Part shown: positions 29,057 through 37,117 of the stretch, piece after piece | Layout: each line of letters begins with the position of its first letter | Position numbering within the stretch: position 1 is the first letter of the stretch | Made by a program: the position numbers and the translations under genes | Notes under the pieces: generated by a model | What the model saw: the letters and a program-made list of their open reading frames with translations, nothing else | What the model was told of the DNA's origin: nothing | Database searches by the model: none | NCBI GenBank assembly: GCA_963740355.1 | Contig: CAVUDW010000002.1 | Location: forward strand, 1,920,001 to 1,984,000 | Source of the DNA: an uncultured Gemmatimonadaceae bacterium | Lineage (GTDB): Bacteria; Gemmatimonadota; Gemmatimonadetes; Gemmatimonadales; Gemmatimonadaceae | Direction: 5' to 3' | Length of the DNA stretch: 64,000 bases

Positions 29057-29511
29057 GCGCGATATTGTTCCGCCTGCGCTGAAACCACACCAAGGGGTCA
29101 GAGATCTTGATCCGCGCGATATTGCTCCGTCGGCGCTGGAAAGACATCAAGGGGTCGGAGATCTTGATCCGGAGATCTTGACCCGCGCGGTATTGCTCCG
29201 CCGGCGCTGGAAAGACATCAAGGGGTCAGAGATCTTGATCCGGAGATCTTGACCCGCGCGATATTGCTCCGCCGGCGCTGGAACGACATCAAGGGGTCAG
29301 AGATCTTGATCCGCGCGAAATTGCTCCGCCGGCGCTGGAACGACATCAAGGGGTCAGAGATCTTGATCCGGAGATCTTGACCCGCGCGGTATTGCTCCGC
29401 CGGCGCTGGAACGACATCAAGGGGTCAGAGATCTTGATCCGGAGATCTTGACCCGCGCGATATTGCTCCGCCGGCGCTGGAAAGACATCAAGGGGTCAGA
29501 GATCTTGATCC
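29057..29511. repeat. Intergenic tandem repeat of seven 57/71-bp units
   Basis: Unit GCGCGATATTGCTCCGCCGGCGCTGGAAAGACATCAAGGGGTCAGAGATCTTGATCC(+GGAGATCTTGACCC) starts at 29057, 29114, 29185, 29256, 29313, 29384 and 29455. Confidence 0.97.
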
Positions 29512-29557
29512 GCGCGCGCGTTCGCTCCGCTACGGACTTCCTCCTCCCCGCACCTCA

Positions 29558-30796
29558 ATGCTCCGAAGCCAGTCGCTGCGCGTCCTCGTCGCACTCGTCG
29601 TTGGACTCGCACTGGGGATGAGCCTGGCCGCGGGGAGTGCGACATCATCGCAGCTGGTCGCGGTCGCCGACGTGATCGGGACACTGTGGACGAACGCCAT
29701 TCGCATGACCGTCATCCCGCTGGTGGCGGCGCTGACGATTGCATCGGTGGCGGAGACGGGAGCGAGTGCCGATCTGCGGCGGGCGATGACACGCGCCGTC
29801 ATCGTGTTCGTGCTGCTGCTTCTGGCTGGCGGGGCACTGGCACTGGTCATCGGTGAACTCGCATTCGCCGGCTTCGAATTGCCAGCCGACGTGGCCGCCC
29901 GGATCCGACAGACCGCCGCGCCTGCCGGCAGCACACCCGCACTGCCGTCACTCGGCCAACGACTGATCGAGATCGTCCCGGTGAACCCGATCAAGGCGGC
30001 CGCCGATGGTGCGCTGTTGCCGCTGGTGGTGTTCTCGCTGGCGCTCGGATTCGCGCTCAAGCGGGTGGCGACGGAGCGGCGCGATGCCGTGATCAGCCTC
30101 TGTCGCGGCCTCTCGGACGCACTGCTGGTGGTGGTCGGCTGGGTCGTGGCGATCGCGCCGATTGGCGTGCTCGCCCTTGCCTTCGCGCTCGGCGCACGAC
30201 TTGGCCTTTCGAGCGTCGGTGCACTCGCGCGCTACATCGTCACGCTGTCGGTGGTGTTGATCCTCTTCACCGTACTGCTGTATCCAGTCGTCGTGCTGAT
30301 CGGCCGCATGCCGTTCCGCCGCTTCCTCGCTGGCGCCGCGCCCGCACAAGCATTGGCCGCGGGGTCGCGATCGTCGCTCAGCGCGCTACCGCTGATGATC
30401 AGTGCCGCGCGCGAGAAACTCGGGCTCGATGCCGCCGCCAGTGGATTCGTGCTACCACTCGCGGTGTCGATCTTTCGCGTCAACGTGCCGATGGCATGGG
30501 TCGTCGGCGTGATCTTCCTCGGAAAGTTGTACGGCGTGGAAGTCAGTGCGGTGACACTCGTCACCGTGATCCTGACGTCCACACTGCTCAGCTTCAGCGT
30601 GCCAGGCATCCCATCCGGCAGCCTGTTCATCCTCGCGCCGCTACTCGTGAACCTTGGGATTCCGGCCGAGGCGGTTGGGATCCTGATCGCGGTGGATGTC
30701 ATTCCCGACATCTTCAAGACGACGGCCAACGTGACCGCACACCTGACGTCGGCGGTGCTGGCGGGTGGCGAGGCGGAGTCGCACACGGGCACCTAG
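29558..30796 (+). CDS. Dicarboxylate/amino acid:cation symporter (DAACS/SDF family)
   Basis: Multi-TM protein; IVPVNP, GSRSSLSALP, FVLPL, VPGIPSGS, DVIPDIFKTTANVT. Confidence 0.9.
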   Translation: MLRSQSLRVLVALVVGLALGMSLAAGSATSSQLVAVADVIGTLWTNAIRMTVIPLVAALTIASVAETGASADLRRAMTRAVIVFVLLLLAGGALALVIGELAFAGFELPADVAARIRQTAAPAGSTPALPSLGQRLIEIVPVNPIKAAADGALLPLVVFSLALGFALKRVATERRDAVISLCRGLSDALLVVVGWVVAIAPIGVLALAFALGARLGLSSVGALARYIVTLSVVLILFTVLLYPVVVLIGRMPFRRFLAGAAPAQALAAGSRSSLSALPLMISAAREKLGLDAAASGFVLPLAVSIFRVNVPMAWVVGVIFLGKLYGVEVSAVTLVTVILTSTLLSFSVPGIPSGSLFILAPLLVNLGIPAEAVGILIAVDVIPDIFKTTANVTAHLTSAVLAGGEAESHTGT

Positions 30797-30825
30797 CGCC
30801 GCCAGCCACACCGCCGCCTCAACAC

Positions 30826-31596
30826 CTATGGTTTCGCCAGCACTTCCTCGAAATACGAGATCGCACGCGGATCACCACTCTGCCCGAGCCAGAAAATCGC
30901 CTGGCGCCTGACACGCGGATCGAGCTTTCCCTTCGCGATCGTCAACAGCGCCGGTACTCCCTCGCCATTCGGACGTTGCGAGAGGGCGAACACCGCCGAC
31001 TTCCGCACCTCGACGTCTCCGCTCTCGTCGTCGACCAACCCATTCAGTGCGGCGGTCGCGTCGCTGGCCGCCTGACCGAGCCAGAACACCGCGCTCTTTC
31101 GCAATTCCCGCTCGCGATTGGCGTCCTTCGCAATTCGCAGCAGCGTCGGCCAGACGGTGGACGAGTCGGCCAGCGTCGACACCGTGATCGCTTCCTTCGC
31201 CGCGCGCCCCGTGCCCGTTTCGGCCTGGCGGATGAACCAGGCGCCGGCATCGGAGGCCGCGACCACGCCGATGTCGGTCGCCGTGCCGGGTGTCCCCCAC
31301 TTGCCACCGACGTAGAACCGAATCGCGGTCGGTGTTCCCGCCGTGAGGTCCATCGCCACGCGTACCGGCCCTGGCTCACATTCCGAAGACCATTCACCGT
31401 TGTGGCGTGAGCGCTCGCTCGAGCTGAAGCTCATCGACTGGCCGCTGCCACACACGCCCGGCCGCGCCTTGAATTGCATGCGAATCGTTCCCGTGCCCAC
31501 GCGGCGAACGGCCTGCGTGATCGATTCCTGCGCCCGCAGGGGCGTGCCAACCAACACACCCGCGGCGAGGATGAGGCCCATGGTGCGTGTCCTCAC
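30826..31596 (-). CDS. Secreted HEAT-repeat protein
   Basis: Signal ending LRAQ; repeats LRKSAVFWLGQ, VRKSAVFALSQ, VRRQAIFWLGQ. Confidence 0.85.
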   Translation of the reverse strand: MRTRTMGLILAAGVLVGTPLRAQESITQAVRRVGTGTIRMQFKARPGVCGSGQSMSFSSSERSRHNGEWSSECEPGPVRVAMDLTAGTPTAIRFYVGGKWGTPGTATDIGVVAASDAGAWFIRQAETGTGRAAKEAITVSTLADSSTVWPTLLRIAKDANRERELRKSAVFWLGQAASDATAALNGLVDDESGDVEVRKSAVFALSQRPNGEGVPALLTIAKGKLDPRVRRQAIFWLGQSGDPRAISYFEEVLAKP

Positions 31597-33140
31597 TTGT
31601 TGATCAACTCCGTCAGGAACGCCGTCACGCGAGGGTCACGTGACTGTCCCAACCAGAAGATGGCCTTCTTCCGCAACTCGCGATCTGGATCCGACTTCGC
31701 GATGTCCATGAGCTTGTCGAGTGCCACCGCATCGCGCTTCTGCGAGAGGGCGAAGATCACCTGCTCACGCAGTTCGCGCTCGTCGAGGGAGCTGTAGAGC
31801 GAAGCCAGCTGCGAAATCTCGATGCCCATCTGGCTGGCGTTGAAGATCGCCTTCTTCCGCACGTCGAGGCTTTCCTTCGAGTCGTTGATGATGCCGAGCA
31901 GGAAGGCCTCGTTTCCCTGGCCCCGACGCTGGGTGAGTGCGAAGAGAACCTTCTCGCGCAGCTGCGGATCACCGACCTTGCGATAGAGGCTGCGCAAGTA
32001 TTCCGACTGGTCACTGCCGCGACGCTGGCCGAGCGCGAAGATGGCGCGTTCGCGGAGGCTGGCGGGCTGCCGTTCGTTCTCGGCGAAGGCGCGCAAGGCA
32101 GCACCCGCGGCAGGGCTCTGGTGCTGCGAGAGCGCAAACAGTGCCTTCTCGCGCAGTGCACTTTCGCCATCACTGTTCACGATGTCGACCAGCATGTCGA
32201 CGGCACGCGGGTCCTTCACCTGCGAGAGCCAGAACACCGCCTGCTCACGCACTTCCGCATCCGGGTCATTCTTCGACGCCGCGAGCAGAATGTTGGCCGA
32301 TTCGGTGGACTGCTTCTGCGCCACCAGGAAGACCGCCTTCCGACGGAGGCGTTCCGAACACTTGTCACGCCGCGCCAGCACGGAGGTCAGGATCGGCATG
32401 GCGCGATCCGAATCCATCTGCAGCAGGGCATTCAGTGCGGCGATGCGCGTGTCGTCTTCGTCGTCGGCATCCGGGCAGTCGCTGCTGCTTCCTCGGCCAG
32501 TCGAGCGTCCGCTGCCGGAGCGTGCGGTGGCGCTGGCTGAAACGCGCGTCACCTCTTCCGCGCACTCGCTGTCGCCCTGGCGCGCCAACTCACCGCAAAT
32601 GCGAGCGCGCAGTGCATTGGCATCGCCGCGGGCGGAGGCCTGCGGATACCGCTCGCGCAGCGTGTCCAGTGCGCCACGTGCCTTCGACAAGTCACCCGCA
32701 CGATAGAGCGCGAACGCCTCGTAGTACATTGCCTCGCTGAGCCGCATCGAGGTCGGGAAGCGACGCACCGCCGAGCGATAGAGTTCCGCCGCACCACGAT
32801 AGTCGCCGCGAGACATCCGATCGCTGGCCGCCCGCAGGACCGAGTCGGCCGGATCGGCATCCTGCAGATTGAACAGGTAGCTCGGCGTCGGCAGTACATC
32901 GATGAAGGCCGCGTCGAACAGTGCGGCATCCATCGCCGCGAATGGTGTCAGCGGCGGGAATGGTGTCAGCGGTGTCATCGGCGTCATCGATGCCAGTGAT
33001 GTCATCGAAGTCATCGAGGTCATCGGTGTCATCGGTGTCATCGGTGTCATCGGTGACAGTGGCGCGACAGGCGTCAGTGGCACCACAGGCTGCGACACCA
33101 ACACCTGCGTCGCCATGACCAATGGAAGGATCCAGCTCAT
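31593..33140 (-). CDS. Secreted TPR plus HEAT-repeat protein with a Pro-Met-Thr low-complexity N-terminus
   Basis: TPR-like EAMYYEAFALYR..ERYP segment and about eight R..A.F.L.Q HEAT repeats. Confidence 0.85.
   Translation of the reverse strand: MSWILPLVMATQVLVSQPVVPLTPVAPLSPMTPMTPMTPMTSMTSMTSLASMTPMTPLTPFPPLTPFAAMDAALFDAAFIDVLPTPSYLFNLQDADPADSVLRAASDRMSRGDYRGAAELYRSAVRRFPTSMRLSEAMYYEAFALYRAGDLSKARGALDTLRERYPQASARGDANALRARICGELARQGDSECAEEVTRVSASATARSGSGRSTGRGSSSDCPDADDEDDTRIAALNALLQMDSDRAMPILTSVLARRDKCSERLRRKAVFLVAQKQSTESANILLAASKNDPDAEVREQAVFWLSQVKDPRAVDMLVDIVNSDGESALREKALFALSQHQSPAAGAALRAFAENERQPASLRERAIFALGQRRGSDQSEYLRSLYRKVGDPQLREKVLFALTQRRGQGNEAFLLGIINDSKESLDVRKKAIFNASQMGIEISQLASLYSSLDERELREQVIFALSQKRDAVALDKLMDIAKSDPDRELRKKAIFWLGQSRDPRVTAFLTELINK
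32941..33056. repeat. 9-bp coding microsatellite (GGTGTCATC)n encoding (P/S-M-T)n
   Basis: Direct reading of gtcatcgaag tcatcgaggt catcggtgtc atcggtgtca tcggtgtcat cggtg. Confidence 0.85.
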
Positions 33141-33193
33141 CGTGTCTCTCCTCGAGTGTCGTAGTCGTCTCGGTACCGGAGTCGGTACCGATC

Positions 33194-33961
33194 TCAGTTG
33201 TGCGACGCCGGGATGCCGGCGGGGACGGTGGTGCGGATGCGTGTCAGGAGCAGGGATGATTTCGTCAGCAGCTCGTCCATCACGCTTCGATCTTCGGTGC
33301 GAAGGGCAGGGCCTGACTCGACCAGCTGCACCAGTACCAGCTCTAGTTCCTGCAGCAGGGCGCGTCGCCGTGGATCGCGCCCAGCGGGTGAGTCCATCAA
33401 CAGGCGTGTGCTTTCCAGCAGGTCGCGTGACCAGGCCGTCAGTTCGCGATCGCCAGATGTCTCCGGAGACTCGGCGAGCGTCGTCAGCATCGTCTCAGCG
33501 CGGCCGAAGTGTTCGGTGCTGGCCACCTGCCACACATTCGAGGCAGGAGTCGCGGCCGAATCCACGACAGCTGACGTGACAGCCACCGTGCCGCTCGATT
33601 CCACCGAGTTGCCACGCGCGAGGTTGATCCCGAATACCACCACCGCTGCCGCGGCCGCGGCAGCAATCCAGCGTGGCAGCTGCGGATACCGTGACAGCGC
33701 GCTCCGCCTGGTGTGCAGCACCACCACGTCGCTGTCCGGCGACGCTCCTGCCGATGGAGCGACAGGCGCGATCGTAGCAGGTGGAGCGTCGGTGCCACTG
33801 CTGCCGTCGCGACCCCGTCGTGCCTGGATCGCCGACCACATTGCATCGCGCGGGATGATGTCCGGCGGCACGTGATACCCTGCGGCAGCCGCTGCCTGCG
33901 CCATCGGCAGTGGCGACTCTTCGTCCGGCGTCAGTTCGTCTGGATACAGCTCGTCAGTCAT
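33194..33961 (-). CDS. Probable single-TM anti-sigma factor
   Basis: Coupled to the ECF sigma stop (ATGA); PRDAMWSAIQAR and W.AAAAAA TM pattern. Confidence 0.7.
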   Translation of the reverse strand: MTDELYPDELTPDEESPLPMAQAAAAAGYHVPPDIIPRDAMWSAIQARRGRDGSSGTDAPPATIAPVAPSAGASPDSDVVVLHTRRSALSRYPQLPRWIAAAAAAAVVVFGINLARGNSVESSGTVAVTSAVVDSAATPASNVWQVASTEHFGRAETMLTTLAESPETSGDRELTAWSRDLLESTRLLMDSPAGRDPRRRALLQELELVLVQLVESGPALRTEDRSVMDELLTKSSLLLTRIRTTVPAGIPASHN

Positions 33962-34497
33962 GCCCATTCTCCTTCGAATTCAGCCAGCGCGACGCGCAAC
34001 TTCCGCCGCGCGTGAAACAGCCGTGCCTTGCTCGTGCCGGGTTGGATCTCGAGCGTCCGGCCGATCTCTTCGTGTGTGTAGCCTTCCAGGTCGTGCATCA
34101 GGAAGACCGTCCGGTAACCGTCAGCCAGCGCATCGATCGCGAGTCGCATGCGCTCCTTCAGGTCGGGTTCCGACTCCCGCGTCGTGACCGCGAACGAGAG
34201 TGCTTCCTCGTAGCCTGTCTCGCGCTTCTGTCGGGTGGATCGCGATCGCATCCCGTTCATCGACACCGTCACGCAGATCGCACAGATCCACGTCGACAGC
34301 GCCGCCTCGCCGCGAAACTGCGCCAGTCGATCAAAGGCGCGAACGAACGTTTCCTGTGTGAACTCGGCCGCCATCGACGCGTCCCCCGCCAGTCGGTGGG
34401 CCAGGCGATACACCTTGTCCACGTGCCGGTCGTAGAACGTCCGTTCCGCCTTGGGGTCGGCGGCCAGCACCAGCGCGATCAGCTGTTGGTCGTCCAC
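33958..34497 (-). CDS. ECF RNA polymerase sigma factor
   Basis: Region 2 AAEFTQETFVRAF..FRGEAALSTW; region 4 YRTVFLMHDLEGYTHEEIG..GTSKARLFHAR. Confidence 0.95.
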   Translation of the reverse strand: MDDQQLIALVLAADPKAERTFYDRHVDKVYRLAHRLAGDASMAAEFTQETFVRAFDRLAQFRGEAALSTWICAICVTVSMNGMRSRSTRQKRETGYEEALSFAVTTRESEPDLKERMRLAIDALADGYRTVFLMHDLEGYTHEEIGRTLEIQPGTSKARLFHARRKLRVALAEFEGEWA

Positions 34498-34629
34498 GGG
34501 GGGCGGGTGGATGGTGATTGGGCGAAGCAGCCTGTTGCGCCCCTCGGACAGAGGCAGTGGCGAAAGGGTTGCGTCGGCCGGTCCAGCCGCCGGCCTGCCC
34601 TCGAATCTCCCCGCGTCCGGCTGCCCGGC

Positions 34630-35442
34630 TCAGGGCGTCGAGGTGCCGGTGCCGTAGGGGAAATCGGCGTCGACGCGACTGTCCGAGAGTTCGACCAGAA
34701 AGCCCGAGAGCCGCTCCACCAGGAGTTCCATGCAGCGTCGCCCCTTGTCGGCTGTGGCGGCGTGGGGATACCCGGAGCCGGTGTTGGTGGTGAGCAGGTG
34801 CCAGGGGCGCGCGATCGAGACCCAGCCGCGATTCACGGCCTCGAATTCAGTCTGCCGCGTTGCGCCGTCGTCCGCCGCCAGTGAGCCGTCGGCGTCGTGG
34901 CGCACCAGGTGCGGGAAATAGGCTAGTGCGAAGGACGTCTCCATCTCGCCCGCATGATCCTCGCGATGTTCGAAGATCGTGGAATAGATGTCGTTCAGCA
35001 CGCGGAACCAGTCGATCAGGAAAACCGTGATGCCTTCGCCAGCAAGCTCGCGCAGCAGGGGCTTGAATTCGTTGCCACCATGGCTGTTGAGCAGTACGAT
35101 CTTGTCGATGCCTGAGTTGCGCAGCGACATCACGACGTCGCGCACGAAATGATTCAGCGTCTCAGGGTTGACGTTGATCGCCAGCGGGAATTTCCGCATG
35201 TTGGTCTCGACACCGAACGGGATGGTCGGCAGCAGCACGACCTTCGCTCCTCGCTCATGCGCCGCCTGGCAGAGATGTTCGCCGACGATCGTCGCCTCGA
35301 ACACATCGGTCGCGTATGGCAGGTGCAGGTTGTGTGGCTCCGTCGCGCCGAGCGGCAGCACCGCGACCTGAATGTTGCTGTGCTTGACGCTGCCGTAGTT
35401 CAATTCGGCAAGGATCCAGGGGCGTGGCGACTGGTCGGGCAT
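34630..35442 (-). CDS. Creatininase-family amidohydrolase
   Basis: LPLGATEPHNLHLP..D, NSHGGN, DHAGEMETS. Confidence 0.92.
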   Translation of the reverse strand: MPDQSPRPWILAELNYGSVKHSNIQVAVLPLGATEPHNLHLPYATDVFEATIVGEHLCQAAHERGAKVVLLPTIPFGVETNMRKFPLAINVNPETLNHFVRDVVMSLRNSGIDKIVLLNSHGGNEFKPLLRELAGEGITVFLIDWFRVLNDIYSTIFEHREDHAGEMETSFALAYFPHLVRHDADGSLAADDGATRQTEFEAVNRGWVSIARPWHLLTTNTGSGYPHAATADKGRRCMELLVERLSGFLVELSDSRVDADFPYGTGTSTP

Positions 35443-35601
35443 GTGAACTCAGGTGCGCGAGAGCGTGACGGCGTGAGCCTGTGGAGGCGATCCTGTGAAG
35501 GCGAACCCTCGCCCACGCCAAATATCACGCACTGCGTGACGGGTGTGCGCAGCCCCCCGGCACGCACACCCGCCACACTGCCGGGCCAGTTCAGCTCCCG
35601 G

Positions 35602-36888
35602 CTACCTTCGCGCCTTCGACGCCTTGGTGGGAGTCGTGGGCGCCGGCGCCTCCGGCGCGTCCACCAGCACCATCGCCTGCTTCACCCAGATCTGCTTCAC
35701 GTGCGCCGCCTGCTCGAGCGCCTTGATCGCACTGTCGGTCGAATCGAGCGGGACGGTCATCGATACCCGCCGGTCGAGCAGCTTCACTTCCGGCCGCAGG
35801 TCCATCCGGTACCAGCGCCGGAACATCGGCAGCGTGGACCGCAGTTCGCGATCGGCGATCACGAACGTGCCATCGACCCAGGCCGACGATTCCTGCATTT
35901 GTGCCGCGGTCGGCACCGAGAGCGTGCTGTCGCCGGTCAGCATCAACCCCGCACCCTTGGTGACCTCGCGTACCTCCTTCCCGAGCGTCACTTGTACCGA
36001 GCCTTCCTGTACTGTCACCACCACCGGGTCATTCGCATACGCGCTGATCGTGAAGGTCGTGCCGGTGGCTATGACCTGCAGCTTGCCTGCCCGCACCTCG
36101 AAGGGGAGCTTCGGATTGCTGGCCACATCGAAGCGTGCTGCGCCGAGCAACTTCAGCGCCCGGAAATCCTGATTGAACGCCTTCGGAACGATCACGCTGT
36201 CGTCCGCACCCATCGTCACCTGTGTGCCGTCCTCGAGCTTGACGCGAGCCCGCTCCCCGACCGTAGTCGTGATGGCGTGTGCCTCCTTGTCGGCAAGGGC
36301 GCGCGTCACCTTGAAACCGGCTCCTGCGCGTTCCATGCCCCAGTAGAGAATCGACGCGACCGCCAGCAGGAGCACGACACCACCGACGATCACCTTTTGC
36401 GAAATGCCTTCGCCGACATGTGCGATGTGTTCAGCCGCCTCGTGGCGCGTGACCTCGAATCGTTGCGCCGCCGCCTCGGTCGGGTCGACGTCCAGTTGCT
36501 CGATCCGATGCAACAATCGTGACCAGCCGGCGCCCAGATCGTAGCTCACGAGCGGTGTCGCCGTCGATGCGTGTTGTACTTGTTCTCGGGCGTCAAACCG
36601 ACGCAGGCTCGCGCGACGCACCTGCTCGCGGACGGAGAGGGCGTGCGTCTCGCTCACCAACCAGTCGTGCAGCGCCTCGGGTGATGTGAAGTCGCGGCGC
36701 TCCTGCCAGGCGCGTTCAAAGAGGTGCTCGACGATGTGCGCTGCGGCCACATCGATGTGCACTTCACTGTCAGCAGACTCAGCGAGCGACGGAGCGTACT
36801 CCTCGAACAGCTGACGCAGGGCGTCCCTGTCACCGCGTGTGAACCCGTCGAACACCTCGGGTGCGATGGTGGAGGGAATGGTGCGCAT
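35602..36888 (-). CDS. FecR-domain protein with an N-terminal degenerate ECF sigma region-2-like domain
   Basis: C-terminal FecR GERARVKLEDGTQVTM..GAARFDV..PFEV..GTTF after a TM helix; N-terminal GDRDALRQLFEEY..IVEHLFERAW..F.SPEALHDWL. Confidence 0.8.
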   Translation of the reverse strand: MRTIPSTIAPEVFDGFTRGDRDALRQLFEEYAPSLAESADSEVHIDVAAAHIVEHLFERAWQERRDFTSPEALHDWLVSETHALSVREQVRRASLRRFDAREQVQHASTATPLVSYDLGAGWSRLLHRIEQLDVDPTEAAAQRFEVTRHEAAEHIAHVGEGISQKVIVGGVVLLLAVASILYWGMERAGAGFKVTRALADKEAHAITTTVGERARVKLEDGTQVTMGADDSVIVPKAFNQDFRALKLLGAARFDVASNPKLPFEVRAGKLQVIATGTTFTISAYANDPVVVTVQEGSVQVTLGKEVREVTKGAGLMLTGDSTLSVPTAAQMQESSAWVDGTFVIADRELRSTLPMFRRWYRMDLRPEVKLLDRRVSMTVPLDSTDSAIKALEQAAHVKQIWVKQAMVLVDAPEAPAPTTPTKASKARR

Positions 36889-37117
36889 GCCAGCCTCCTG
36901 TGCGGATGTGATTGTCCACTCAACTCTGCTGGTGGGACAGCGGTGGCGCCGTCAGCAGAATCCCTACAGGCAAATCCTGACACGCGCCCGACCGCCCACG
37001 CGCGCTCCGCTCCGCGAACGCACGAGGCCCCGCCCATCGCAATCGATGAACGAGGCCTCAAGCTTCTTGCGTGCGGCAATCCGATAATCCGACCGCGATA
37101 TCGCCTGAGAGTAACCC

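Noticed and set aside
28983..29252. Small repeat-encoded ORF
   Set aside because: The 71-bp units break the frame; the translation simply mirrors the DNA repeat.
29057..29511. CRISPR array
   Set aside because: The units are near-identical end to end with no unique spacers, and there are no cas genes in the window.
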